This document shows positions 13,027-26,288 of a stretch of 64,000 nucleotides of DNA, in pieces. A program made the position numbers and the translations under genes. Under the pieces are notes generated by a model. It saw only the letters and a list, made by a program, of their open reading frames with translations, was not told where the DNA came from and made no database searches. Positions within the stretch are counted from its first letter, which is position 1. Each line of letters opens with the position of its first letter. The DNA comes from Chrysomallon squamiferum (lineage: Eukaryota > Animalia > Mollusca), in contig CM022678.1 in NCBI GenBank assembly GCA_012295275.1, positions 19,592,001-19,656,000 of the forward strand, read 5' to 3'.

Positions 13027-14045
13027 ATGAAAAATATTTTAAATGTTATCTGTTATTGTAGTGAAAAACATATTACGAGGTGTCCGTGAAATTAACACTA
13101 GCACACTTTACAAATTAACTCTTGTTTTAGATTTTATGATGAGAAAGTGGTAAGTTAATAACTGTCTGGGATTTCGCAACGTTCCTTTGGGAGTCTATTA
13201 GTAATAAAAACACAATAATAAAGATATTAAATAAATAAATATATAAATATATAAATAAATAAATATATAAATAAATAAATAAAATTTTCAACTGAAATGT
13301 TTTGTGTGTCTTTTAAATAAGAAGGTTTCTTTTAAATAAATATAACAATATAGACAGCTTCGAATATAAACAGATTTAGTAATTGTAACAAAAATTATAA
13401 CAGTCGACAAAATTATTATAAAATATAATAATTGTAATGTACATATATCAACTAATAAGTTTTTATGGTAATGGCGATGCATGTATATATGTATTACATG
13501 TATATGTGTATATGCGTTTGTGTTTTTATGTATCTATATATAATAACTGTCATAAAAAGTTATATAAATATATCTAATATATTAAGCATATAAAAATTAA
13601 TTTAAATTTGATTTTAAGGAAATATGCATTATAGGTATAGCATAAGTAACATAAATTATACAAGGCAGTCAAATATGAATTATTAAGAACGTTGACATAA
13701 GTAAGTATTCTGTAAATACAAATGTTAACAGCAGCAGTAATAATATAATAAAATGAGTCGATTATACACAATAACTGTAAGTATTTGTCAATATACTAAG
13801 TATTTGAATTATTTATTTTGTTGTTGTCGTCACGTGCAACATTCTCGCGGTGTATGTGTCATGTCTACAACATACACTAATAATAACATTAATAAACCAG
13901 AGAAACAACACCAGAACAGAAAAAGAAAAAAGATCGATTATCTGTACCAAAAACAAAAAATCAATACAGACATAAATCGAGTTGAAGAATGTATTTAGAA
14001 AATCTCAGTTATTTAAAATACTATATAAAATGTAAGTGAACTTAC

Positions 14046-14350
14046 TTGTTAGTTATCAAAGACTGCAGCATTTCCGTGGTTTGTAGAGAGGTACTGGTAT
14101 TTTCTGGGTTACATAGTGACGGCAAAGACCTATGATTCACTCGTCTAAGGTAGCTGCCAGCCGCAGTTCAGACCAATCGATAAATGTTAATTCATTCCTT
14201 AGCAGTTGGTTCGGCTTGCATGCAGACACTTGTTTGCAGAGCAGGCCTGCCAGCGTTTAGATTATGACAATAAATCACGAAGACGACGTCATGGAAACGG
14301 CACTGCGCTGATGATGATTTGACATCGGCGTTAAACAGCGAGGTCAACCT
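14046..14350 (-). promoter_or_regulatory. Putative non-coding first exon and promoter of gene B
   Basis: AA|GTAAGT donor at 14045 at the edge of a complex, CpG-containing island; nearest strong donor seen upstream of the 11581 acceptor. Confidence 0.5.
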
Positions 14351-17300
14351 GATAGACGTTTTCTGAAAAATTAAGAGCTCTTATACGTTTTAGCAAAATA
14401 GATTTTGTGTCAGATTATTTCCTGCTGTAAGGAAAAGGGTTTCAGTTTGGTAAAAATGTAAAAATGACATTATGAAGACGTATAACATGGTTATTCCATG
14501 GCGAATGCGACTTCCTCGTTTTATATTTAATAGAACTGTCAAAGCGAAATAAGCGCATACAGCACTACGGGATAAATCTGGACGCGTTTGTCTGTCAGTT
14601 TAGTCATTCGGTTGTTTTGTAACGTGATTATTATGTCCATAGTCGTTTTAAACATTTAACCTTGTGTTGGGAATTCAGAATGGTTGCAGTCTGAGAGTAT
14701 GTGAAAGACACGGTACAGAAGACAGATGCATGTATATCGTTTTATACCTCACCGCTTAACTCCGATAAGACACGATCCCAGCATCTGTGGCATAACCTAG
14801 TTTGGTGCTTTGAAAGATGCGTGTTTTTGTGATTCACGTAAAAACTGTTTATTTCCCCCAGTACACAAAAATCGTACGACTCCGTCATTTTGCTTCCGAA
14901 TAAAATCAAAAACTGACAATACATACATTCATTCCGTTTGACAAGAATTACTGTTTTACTATAAACTACTTTCACTTGTTCTTCACAAGATGAATGAATT
15001 AAACAAATAATTCAGAGACTGTCTTAAGATGGAAATAATACTGTACAGAAACATTTCTCCTGTATTTTTAACTCGCACGATATAACCATTATATATATAT
15101 TTTAATATAGGTCATATGAGATCCAACCTTGAATAATAATAAAGTAGAAGTTCGACGGCGATTGATTAAGACCACTTTTTCTAATTTTCAGTAACGTCAT
15201 TTCATACATATAAAGAAGAGATTGTATTGAGATACTTGCTATATCTTTCAGTCTGTCATTTCTTTCTTTGTTTCCTTCTTTCTTTTTTTTATTCATTTAA
15301 TTATGTCTGTATTCATTTATTTATCACTTGAGCACGTGACTAGACGTGTTATATCTTACATATAATACAATATACACTGTGAAACGCATTCAGATACCTT
15401 CGCTCTTTGGCTGCTTGTCTTCTTGTCTGTCTGTATTTGTCTGTGTCAGTCTGTCTGTTTCTGTATGTCTGTATAACTGTCTCTGCGGCTGTCTGTCTGT
15501 CTGTATGTATATGTTTGAAGATACGTACGTACGTACGTTTAATTTCTTTCTTCTTTTTTTTAAGTGTAATAATCACAGATATATGCTGTATTTATTTATT
15601 TATTTATTTATCAAAGTATTTTAACTTTCCTTTGTGTAACAAGTAGTAAAATTATTTACCGAGTGTTTTCTTAGAAATAATACTTTATTTTCATTCTTTA
15701 TTATTAGTAAAGATTGCTGTCGATTCATACACAAAACAATAATAAAATATGAAATGTATTCAGGTTTTTTTTTTTGACAGCAAAGCTTAACAGAAAGATG
15801 TTTTATATATATATATATATATGAGTGATCATTACATGTAGCAATCGTGTATAATCGGAAATTTGTCTCATATAATGATATAACATTTGGACTTCATTGC
15901 CAATGATATTTATCTTTGTTTGTATTACACGAAATTTATGACATTACAGTATTGTAGCCTGTATCTCTAACAATTACACTTGACAAAATTATATGTGTTA
16001 TGAATTTAATCGCATATTTTATTATTGTATGAAATTTATTGACGGTTATACTTACATATTCGTTTCTGGTATGAAATTTATAACTTACTGTGTTAAGAGA
16101 GTATTCCTACGATTATCACATATTCTGTTACAGTTCATGAATTCTACTAATAATTACACTGATTATATTTTCGTAGTAAGAATTTCATCATGTTATTAGT
16201 TACGACGAGCATGTATAATAGTTACACGAACAAAAGAAACGTAATAATAATAAAAGAAAACAAAACAGTTATTACCTGTGCTTTGTGCGTTATCTGTAAG
16301 TCGTGCTACATTTACTAGTATTCATAATCACGTGAGTTGCTTTGCAATTATTTACGTGTTGTGGATACGAGTCACCGTGTATTGATCCACGCATACCAGT
16401 TTAACAAATGTGTTCATTGTTCATGCATAATACACAATATTTCCTTGAGTATAATATTAATTCGTATACCTATATAGACCAATACATACGTACATCCGTT
16501 AAAGAAACATCGTAATATATATATATATATTTTTAATTTATTTATGTGTTTGATTATTTCTTTCTCTTCTATTTATTTATTTATTTATTTATCCATTTAT
16601 TTATTTAATTTTTCTTTTTTGTGTGTGTTATTTTGTTTTTCGTTTATGTGTCATTTCATTGCTTGCTTCTTCGTTTATTAATTTGTTTGTTTTTATATTA
16701 TTTTTTCTGTGTGCATTTTTGCGTATTTTTCGGTTAGCGTTGTCAGTATTTCTGAACCTACTGCATGTACTGTATCTCTTTATCCTCCGTTATTACTGCA
16801 CTTAGTACAACAAATTTGTTATATTATGCGAATCTATTATTATACTCGTATACGTTTTTTTTTTTTTTATTTTTTTTATTGGCTGCACGTGCACGTTCTC
16901 CAGGACATTTTTGATGTTTCTAATTATAAAGCGGCCATTAAGAGTAAATTGAGGATCTTGTAAACACCGAATAAAATTCGACCAAAGAAAAGAGACCGGT
17001 TGTAATTGGCTGATTATTGAGAAAACTGCATTCACCGAGGCCTACAAGGAGACGGAGAGTAATTCCAATCAATAAAGATTTGTTCAACTGTCACAATTTA
17101 GGCGAGAAACGTCGCTGCAGGCAACAGTTAATAATATTGGTGCATTTCAGAGGGTAGTTCGCCGGCCACATTGGTCTAATTGAGTTTCTCGTTACCTCTC
17201 CGAGATCGATCGATAACTGCAGTGACGTCACAGCTCATTAAAATTGCAATGCATAGAGTGGGGGGGAGAGAGAGTCTGTAGCCCCGTCGTCCATGTTTGC

Positions 17301-17563
17301 ATTTAAAAAGCAAAGAGCTTAATTCATGGAACTGATCATCGCTATACACAAAAAGAGTGGGAAAAAATTCCGATAGTGTGAGTCAGAGATATAAAATATG
17401 AATGGATCGTTTTTCCGAATTTTTCAGTAATAAATATAATGCAATTATAGTGTTTCTTACGGTTTCTTCTTCTTCGGTGTTTCTCATTCTTGATTTAAAA
17501 GTTTCGATATTTCTTTTCTTTTTCTTTTTTTTTTTTTTTTTTTTTATGTCTCTGTGTTTTGTG

Positions 17564-17598
<35 letters not shown>

Positions 17599-17611
17599 TT
17601 TTTTATTATTA

Positions 17612-17681
<70 letters not shown>

Positions 17682-18039
17682 GAATTGTTTCAGTTGCTTT
17701 TTTGTTTTTACTATTTAATTTAATTTAATTTTTCAAATGAATTATATTTTATAACTGTTATTCGTATCAATTTCAATTTTAGATTTTAAAGTGTGACTTC
17801 ATCTGCCAGCCAATTTCGATTCTTTGTAAAAAAAACATTTTTTTTTAAACTGAAATAAAAATGTATTATCTGAAACACTGTTTTAATGTTAAGCTGTTAA
17901 GTGATATACATGTATTTGTTATATATTGAAATACATGTTATAATTTGATATATTTTGTATTTTAACGTCAAAATAAGAAAATCTAAATACGTGATTTTAT
18001 ACACTAAATATTTTAATGTAAAAATAAATGTAAATACGT

Positions 18040-18430
18040 GCATGGCCGTAACTAGACTCTTTTTGAAATGAGGCAAAAAACTTAATCGCTGAGCAAAAAA
18101 ACAAACTGGGCGAAAGATCTGTTTAGCCGTCTAAGGCCCCCAGAAGCTAAATCCTCGATTCTAGCCATTTATCTTGTATATTTTTTAAATAAAATTTTTG
18201 TATAAAAAAGAATGTTTAACGACACCCCTGCACAAGAAATATATCGGCTGCTGGGTGTCAAACAAAGTTAAATGTACCGAAATGGTGAATATTTACTCTG
18301 AGGTGGACTACCCTTCTTCAGGATAAATGAATGGGTCAAACAAGAATGACCGATACGAGCACGACACAAGACTAAGAATCCTTCCTGAGCCGCCTGTAGG
18401 AGGACTGCCACTCTCCTAGGACTGGCTTCA
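18040..18430. mobile_element. Interspersed-repeat fragments including a gacaccc...gggtgtc stem-loop (18221-18259)
   Basis: GC-richer non-coding block with a 7-bp inverted repeat; resembles short interspersed repeats of gastropod genomes (from memory, not verified). Confidence 0.35.
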
Positions 18431-19412
18431 CAGAATGCAAATATAAATGAAATGTAAATAACTGATTGGTTGCAGTCTGTATTTAAATGTAAAAAATAAA
18501 GAAATATAATTATGTTTCGATATACTGCTTATTTTAATGCAAAATTTATGAAATTTTTAGTAATTTGTTATATTCGGTATTTCAACATACGTGACTTGGT
18601 ATATTGTGCAGTTTATGTCAAAACAATGAAATGTAAAAACGTGGGGGTCAATGTTAAAATAATAAAAATAATCAATGGAAATGCACGATTTAATCCACTG
18701 TGTACTTTATGCATCAAAGCAGAGTTTAGTTTTCTTTTTGTTTCACACCAACAACGATCTTAAAATAGTCCTAACAACTGCGTGAAAATAAAGTCAGTAC
18801 ACGAGTCCGCTTTCAGTGAAAACCGAACTTATTTTATTAATCATTACAGCAATGGGACGTAACTCCATCTCGATCACGTACGAATGATGCAGACGAAAAA
18901 TTAAACGAAACGTTTTTCATTAAAAATAATTTAGCATTTCAAATGAAAATATTTATAAATTTAAATCGTTGAATAAACGTATTTATTTTGTGTGTTTCTT
19001 TTCTGTTAAATTTAGATGAGTATGAAAATATCGAAATTCCACGTAGTCTCGTTTTCGATAGATAATGAAAAAAGCAGCAGATTTCCGGACCAGTTGTAGT
19101 GAAAGATGTAATTAGTGGATCTTTCCGGAATGGTAATTAATGTTTGAGAACAATCCTGTATATATATATTATTTACAAACATACTGTAATTTTTATAATT
19201 TAGATTTGCATTTGTTTGCAGATACTTTGGCCGAGAACTTTTGCTACGAATCGTTATATTGTTAATCAACGTAATGCAAATACAAAACAAAGTTTATGTG
19301 AACTGTCTAGGCATACTTTCACTGACTAAGACTTGTTAATCAAACAGTCTGCATCTGCCCATTCAACTTTTGGGGCTAGCTTTTACAATTTTATATCAAG
19401 ATTATAATCAGT

Positions 19413-19443
<31 letters not shown>

Positions 19444-19572
19444 TTTGTCGAGTTATTTATTTTATATTATTTTATTTTATTTATTTTATTTCCATTTATC
19501 TTAAATTTTATTTTATTTATTTAATTAATATATTTCTTTCATTACCAGTTTATAAATCTTTCTCTTTTGAAG

Positions 19573-19668
19573 GAAAATCTCTTCATGAATGTCACAAACA
19601 CAAAAAGGTTTTTAAAAACTATACATCCGTCAACCTTGAAATCAAGATGGATGTCCAAGCTTGAACAG
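19573..19668 (+). other. Candidate plus-strand exon (96 nt, open as ENLFMNVTNTKRFLKTIHPSTLKSRWMSKLEQ)
   Basis: ttctcttttgaAG acceptor and CAG|GTTAGT donor; stop-free in phase 0. Further exon-like blocks at 19016-19132 and from 19222. Confidence 0.4.
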
Positions 19669-20335
19669 GTTAGTGTTATTTTCTAAAGAATTACTAATTT
19701 CAACTTCATTTAGTCTGATATTCAAGTGTTACACTAAAAAAAACTAAAACAAAATAAACATTTTAAATTTTAAGGGCTTCTACATTCTTAATCCAGTAGC
19801 TATTAATTCTTCAGCATTAAATACCACCAATGACCAACAAGCTATTTATCTGTAAAAATGTAGTGATATGTTGACAACATGTCTAGGTCCAAAATGAGTA
19901 TTGTGATTCTTGTTCTTAACATATTCTAAACATATATTATTATTATAATGCATATTTTTTGCCCAGTTCTAATTAATAACAGTAACTATTTCTTTACAAT
20001 TTGTAATGTTTTTATACGATTAATTTTTTTTTATACATGATAATCATTTCTTTCAGGTTCTAAATGCATTATATATATATATATATATATGTATTTTTCA
20101 GACTGTTTCTTCCCAATTCTAAATATGCATTATAGTTATTTCTTTCCAATTCTAATTAACTATTTCCATAAACATTTTAAAAATATTATTTTACAAATGG
20201 ATTAAACTATTTTTTATGTATTGGTTTTGGTTATTTATATTGAACTCTAAAGTAATGTTAATTATTACAACTGTTTCCAAGTATTAATATTATTATAAAT
20301 ATTTCTTTCCAATTCAAATATGCACTGTTTCAACG

Positions 20336-20366
<31 letters not shown>

Positions 20367-23300
20367 AATATAATTTTTTTTTTTTTTTTTTCAATTCTAA
20401 ATAATTATTTCTTTCTGTGTATTATTTCAACTGTTTTTCAAATTCTAAATATGTTTTTGACCATTTCTGTTTATCAAACATTTCTATATCATGTTATATT
20501 AAGCTGGTGAAACTTGTAAATAAAACAGAAGTATGTCATGTGAAAGAATAACTCTTGTAAAAGAAATTTAAAAAAAAAAAAAAAGAACAGAAAGAACAGT
20601 TGTACCAGTAGGATGAAACAAAAAAACATGAAATTTACTATGATGTTGTTGTGGTTAATTCTACAATCTGTCAATAAAACTTTTAAAACTTAACAGGTTT
20701 GATATTTCATCTATGATAACCCCATATTATTTGTTTCTCAAAGCTGTTGTATCTAGTGTTATAGCTGTATATCACTGCCATCTCTTATACATCTCAAAAC
20801 CCATCAATGAAATAATGTTTCAGCTAAATTATCATCTTTGATGTCATTTACATCCTGAAACCACTTATGCGTAAATATATATGGGTTATTCCATCACATG
20901 ATGATTTGAAAGAGAAATATAAAACAAAACAACAATAACACAATCCAAGATATATATATATATATATATTTGTTATTTTTATAAAAACTGACAAAATACT
21001 GCTCTGTAAAATACCCTTCCTGGCTATATTTGTATATATTTTATATGTATATATACATCTAACAAACTAAAAGCTTCTAACATGGCCGATTAACTAACAA
21101 AGGTATTCCACACAAACGCATCAAGTGACATAACTGTATAATACAGTAAAGAATACTTTACCTTAGCAAGTGATATACCTTCTTTAATTGAACTACCAAA
21201 GTAATATAACAACTTAATTTAACTATGATATAACTGTTTAATTTCTAGTGATATAATTTTAATTCACTTGGTTATTTCTGTCATATCATTAGTATGCATT
21301 CTTTTCATAGATATGTGATTATAGAAGTAATGTAACAGTTTAATTTAGTGATGTAATTTAGTCATAAAATTGTTAAATTAGTAATATAGATTTAAGTTAA
21401 CTAGCAATGAAACTGATTAATTCAGCAAAATATAAAACATGTTTAATGAAAACAAACTGGTTGAAAAACAAAATCTTTCACTCAGCCAGATCAGGTTGAT
21501 GCGGTTGTAGTGGTTGAATACAGTTGATGCAGTTGTGCTGTTGAAATTAATTAAGCGACAATTTTAATTAGGTTAGATTCCACTAGAACAGTAACTAGTA
21601 TATTTCAATCAATGCTTGTGTAACATACATAATGTAACACTTGATCCAGATCACTGAGTAACAGTTACTATGTGCAAATATGTTACAGTTATATATTTTT
21701 AATTAAGTAACTGAATAATTGATAATAAGATATTACAATTTGTGTTAGATTAATACAAATAAATTGCAGTAATAATGTGTAATACATAAAGTAATTACTG
21801 AATTAATTTACTGTAATAATTACACGAAATACTGACTTAAATATACTGAAAATCATGTAAATGTAAAAAGAAAACCCAAAATAAAAATTGAAATAAAATA
21901 AAAACCATATTACTTAAAGTAATAACTGAATTAAATTTACAGAAAACTATACATTATGAATATTACATAAGCTATTACTGAATTAAAATGAACTGAAATA
22001 TTTTTTTTATTGTCGGTAATGATTAAACTTTTTGAAAATCATAGATAGTATTTAATAAAAAAAAGAAAAAGAAAAATAATTTTAAAAATTGTTTTCATGA
22101 TTACTGAATTGAACTTACTGAAAACAGTCCAAAAAAACAAAATAATAATAATTACAAATTACTAAAAAAAAAGAAAAGGAGAAAAAATTAAAACTATGAT
22201 TGAAACAAATACTTCAAATTTACTGAAATCATGGATAATAAAATATATAAATTTATTGAAAATAACATTTGTAGTAATAACTAAATAATTGACAGTTTAA
22301 AATGATTGAAAATATTACTTGTATTGAACGTCAGTTTACTTATTCACTTGTAATAAATATCATACCTGTTAAAAATGTTCCCATACTGATTATAGTTCAA
22401 TTATTATTTGATTGGAAATGGATTTTTAGGAGGAACATAAAGTTAATTTTAAAAAAGTTAAAAGAAACTATGCTGAAAAGCTGCTGATCAACCCAGAGCA
22501 GGATAAAAAGAAAATAAAAAATACCTTTTTATTTAAAAAAAATGAAATTTGAAGTATTGTTCACCTAGTTGGAATATAAAAGCCTATCATTTGGTTATAC
22601 AAATTTTATTTACTTTTTTATCTGTAAATGAGTACTTGTCATCTACAAATATGTTTTTGTTGGTCTGTGATAAATACTTTTAACTTTTTGCTGTTGTATA
22701 TTAATTTTGAAGAACATAGGTTTAAAAAAAATAAAACAATAAAGACAAAAATTATTAAATTCTGACACAAGAAAATTTATGATATAAAAGCTGCCTTGAA
22801 AAGTTTTGTATTTTTCTTGTTCCAACATGAACCTAATCACTTTTGAAACAATTGTTTTAATGATATGAAATCAGATTCTAAATGGAAATAACTAAATGTT
22901 TTAATTTGTATCTTTGATTGTATATTTAGATATATTAATGATCTTCAAAGACTGAGCATCCATGAATTTATTTTGTTCCTGCACCCTTCCCCACACTTTT
23001 TATTTCAGATAAATATTTTCTTATTTTAAAATACTTTTCCCTTTGTGTCAGAAGTTATATGCAATATTAATCAAACATTTGATTTTTTTTTTTTTTACAT
23101 AGGTAATCACAAAATTCTCATGTTACATGACATGGCATACATTACTAAATTATAAATTGTTAACATTTTTATATACATTTCTAGATTGTACAAAGATAAG
23201 TTTACATTTATTATACAAAGTAATTACTCCAATGAAAATTAATTATAATCAAAAATGTTCTTCCATCTTGAATTATAGACATTTTACAACACATTTCACA

Positions 23301-23589
23301 CTCTTAAAAAAAAATGAAGAGGTTCATAAAGAATATTTCCCAGCAGAGACTATATAATACATAAGTAAATATATATATATATATATATTTATATGTATAT
23401 GTATATATGTATATGTCAGTTAACATATATATTTCACAGTCTAATTTTAGTTGTCATAATGGAATGAACCAGTTTGCACCAACTTGTCTTTCCCAGTGAG
23501 TAAACAAAACCCTAAACAACAGCCTATAAAGCAGACACGTAATTAGTGAAGAAAAAAACTGGAGTATAAAAACAGCTGAAGAAACTAAA

Positions 23590-24056
23590 CTAATATGAGG
23601 TAATGATCTGTGACTGAGGTAACATCAACAGTACATGTAAGACTGAGGTAACATTAATGATCGAGGTAAGATTTGACAGTACATCTATGACTGAGGTAAC
23701 ACAAATGGTCAGAGTAACATTTAACAGCACATGTATGATCATGGTAACATTTTATGAATGATTATGGTAACATTTAACATTTTCACAGTATGACTGAGGT
23801 GACATTTTTAACGGTAGCTGCATGATCAAGGTAACTTTTAGCAGGACCTGTATGATCAAGGTAGCATTTTATGGTACACTGAGTGACATTTAAAAAATTA
23901 ACATTTAGCAGTACTTGTATGATCAAGGTAACATTTATCAGTACCATTTGGATCATGGTAAAACTAACAGTACTTGTGTGATCTAGGTAACGTTTAATAT
24001 AATCTGTATGATCAGGGTAACATTTAACAGAACATGTATGATTGAGGTAACACATA
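23590..24056. repeat. ~30-bp degenerate minisatellite (gtatgatcaaggtaacatttaacagtac / gactgaggtaac)
   Basis: Tandem degenerate copies. Confidence 0.85.
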
Positions 24057-24982
24057 TTGCATGGCAGAAGGAAAGATAATGTAAGAAGCATGGTATTATT
24101 AATATTACAGGGTGTATGCTAATAGTAAAGGCACTAGTTAATCTAACAAATATGTACAAGTTTTTTATCAGCAGAAAAACACTTCAACAATTTTGCAAGA
24201 AACCTCACTGGCATGTTAGCACTACTCAATCATTTAATAACAAAAACAAAACAAAAATTTGAAATAAAAACCTGGAATCGTTAAAAAAATTGTACAGAAA
24301 TGTCAAGTTTTAATAGCAATTTTTTTTTTTTTTTTCACCTCAATTTTGTTTTTAGATTCACGGTGAAGAATTTGTTTTGCACTGATTTTTTTTTTTACAC
24401 TGCAATGATAAAATTTTCACTATAAATTTCAAAATAATATTTTAAATGAAAATTGGAATTATTAATAATTCCAAAAATAACTGCAGTGATAAAACAAATT
24501 CTGTGTCCACTATCAATGGTTAAATTTTTCATACAAACTTTAAAATGCAATGATAAATCTTTTTAAACCACCAATCTTTTGAACTTAAATTTGATTACAT
24601 GCTGACATCAAATTAATAAAACATTAAAACACAATTTAAAAAAAAGTGTAACAAATGTTAGTAAAGCAAAATAAAAATAGAGGTTAGTTGAGAAATGAAA
24701 ATACAATAAAAACTGAATTCAAAACAAATTATATATACAGTTCTGACACAAATATTGTATTTTCTGTCTGTCTGAATTTATATCTGTGTGTTTTATATAT
24801 GTGTCTGTGTGTCTTTGTATCTGTTTGTGTATATGTGTATATGCATACAAAGGTGGTTAAGAGAGGAAATGGTTGTTTGTATTGTAACTGTGTGTGCATT
24901 TTTATCTGGATGAATGTGGCTGTGTGTGTTTGTGCATGTATGTGTGTGTGTGTGTGTGTGTGTTAGTAGTAGAAAGTAAAAC

Positions 24983-25068
24983 TAATACTGTGTCAGATTA
25001 ACACAAATATCTACAACAACGTTGAGACACTGGACATGGTCAAAAGAGGTAGAGGTAGTTTCCCTGAG
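24983..25068 (-). promoter_or_regulatory. miRNA seed-site module in the putative 3'UTR of gene C (miR-8/200 8mer, two let-7 7mer-m8, miR-125 8mer)
   Basis: Plus strand taatactg 24983-24990; gaggtag 25046-25052 and 25052-25058; tccctgag 25061-25068, i.e. seed complements on the minus-strand RNA. Confidence 0.55.
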
Positions 25069-25856
25069 CCAATTTTAAAACAGTTCATCATAAATACAAC
25101 ACAAAATCTCAAACCTAGTTGCCTAAAAATCTAAACTACATTTAAAAATAAAAATATTTCTCAACAACAAAAAGAAAACCCCAGTAACATAGTGTTATTT
25201 TGCCAAATGTTTTTAATTATTATTTTTTTTTTTTTTTTTTTTTTTAAATGTTCGACACAATTCCCTGAATTTTGACACTGATTTTTGTTTCTATAATATA
25301 TATATTTTTTTTTTTTTTTTTGATACAAGCACATATGGTTTGTGGGTAATTTTTTTTATTTCTGTTTATCTTAATTTATTCTTATTATCATTACTATTTT
25401 ATTTTTTCATTATTAATAAACATACAAAATCAGGTGATTTTAAATGTTTTGCCCTCTGATTTAACAATTATAAATAATAATAAAATTATAAATATATTTA
25501 ATGATTTGACAAGATTTATGAGTTTTGATTTCAATTATTAATCAGTATCTATAAATATTTATTAAAAATAATAATAATAATAATAATAATCTATTTAGTT
25601 CATACTCAAACACTAGAGTTATTTCCCTTGAACTAAATAAAGAACTTTTCACAACCCACAAACAAAATTTTCTTTTACAAAAAAATATTTTAAACAAATA
25701 AAAATCTTGAAATTCCTGAGATTATAATAATTATTATAAATAGTTGAAATAAATAGATGTAAATGAGGCTCAGTCTGATGCGAGTATTTCAACAAATGAA
25801 ATGAATCAAGACCGAGTTGTCTGCACACACACAAACACGCATATAATTATAATATA

Positions 25857-25934
25857 TTAACCCTTTATTACCCGTAAACTCCAAATTCTTATCAATAAGA
25901 GTAGTGTATATATTATTAGGGAGGAAAGGGTTAA
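25857..25934. mobile_element. 70-bp piggyBac-like mini-element with TTAA target duplication
   Basis: TTAA|CCCTTT...AAAGGG|TTAA with degenerate inverted arms. Confidence 0.5.
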
Positions 25935-26248
25935 GATTTTACATGTATATATATGTTTACAAAGTTCCTGAAATAATTATTTTTGTTAAATTAAAATGAT
26001 AATGAAAGTAGAAGAAAAAACAAAAGGATATGAACAATATCATACAATGAAAAAAATCAAGTAAACAATTGTAAAATAATTTACAGATATTAGCATTACA
26101 CACAAACAAAACAAAAAATAATAATTCTTTCAGGTACCATTTTTCTCTAACAACTTAGTAAAAAATAAACAGTATATTGAATGAAAAAAGATAATAACAA
26201 AATTTAAAACCAAAAAAAAAAAAATATATATATATATAGGTATTTTGC

Positions 26249-26288
<40 letters not shown>

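Noticed and set aside
21000-24760. Pumilio elements (UGUAHAUA) in the putative 3'UTR, e.g. 24151 and 24732
   Set aside because: Expected by chance in AT-rich, TA/CA-repeat-rich DNA; not distinguishable from background by eye.
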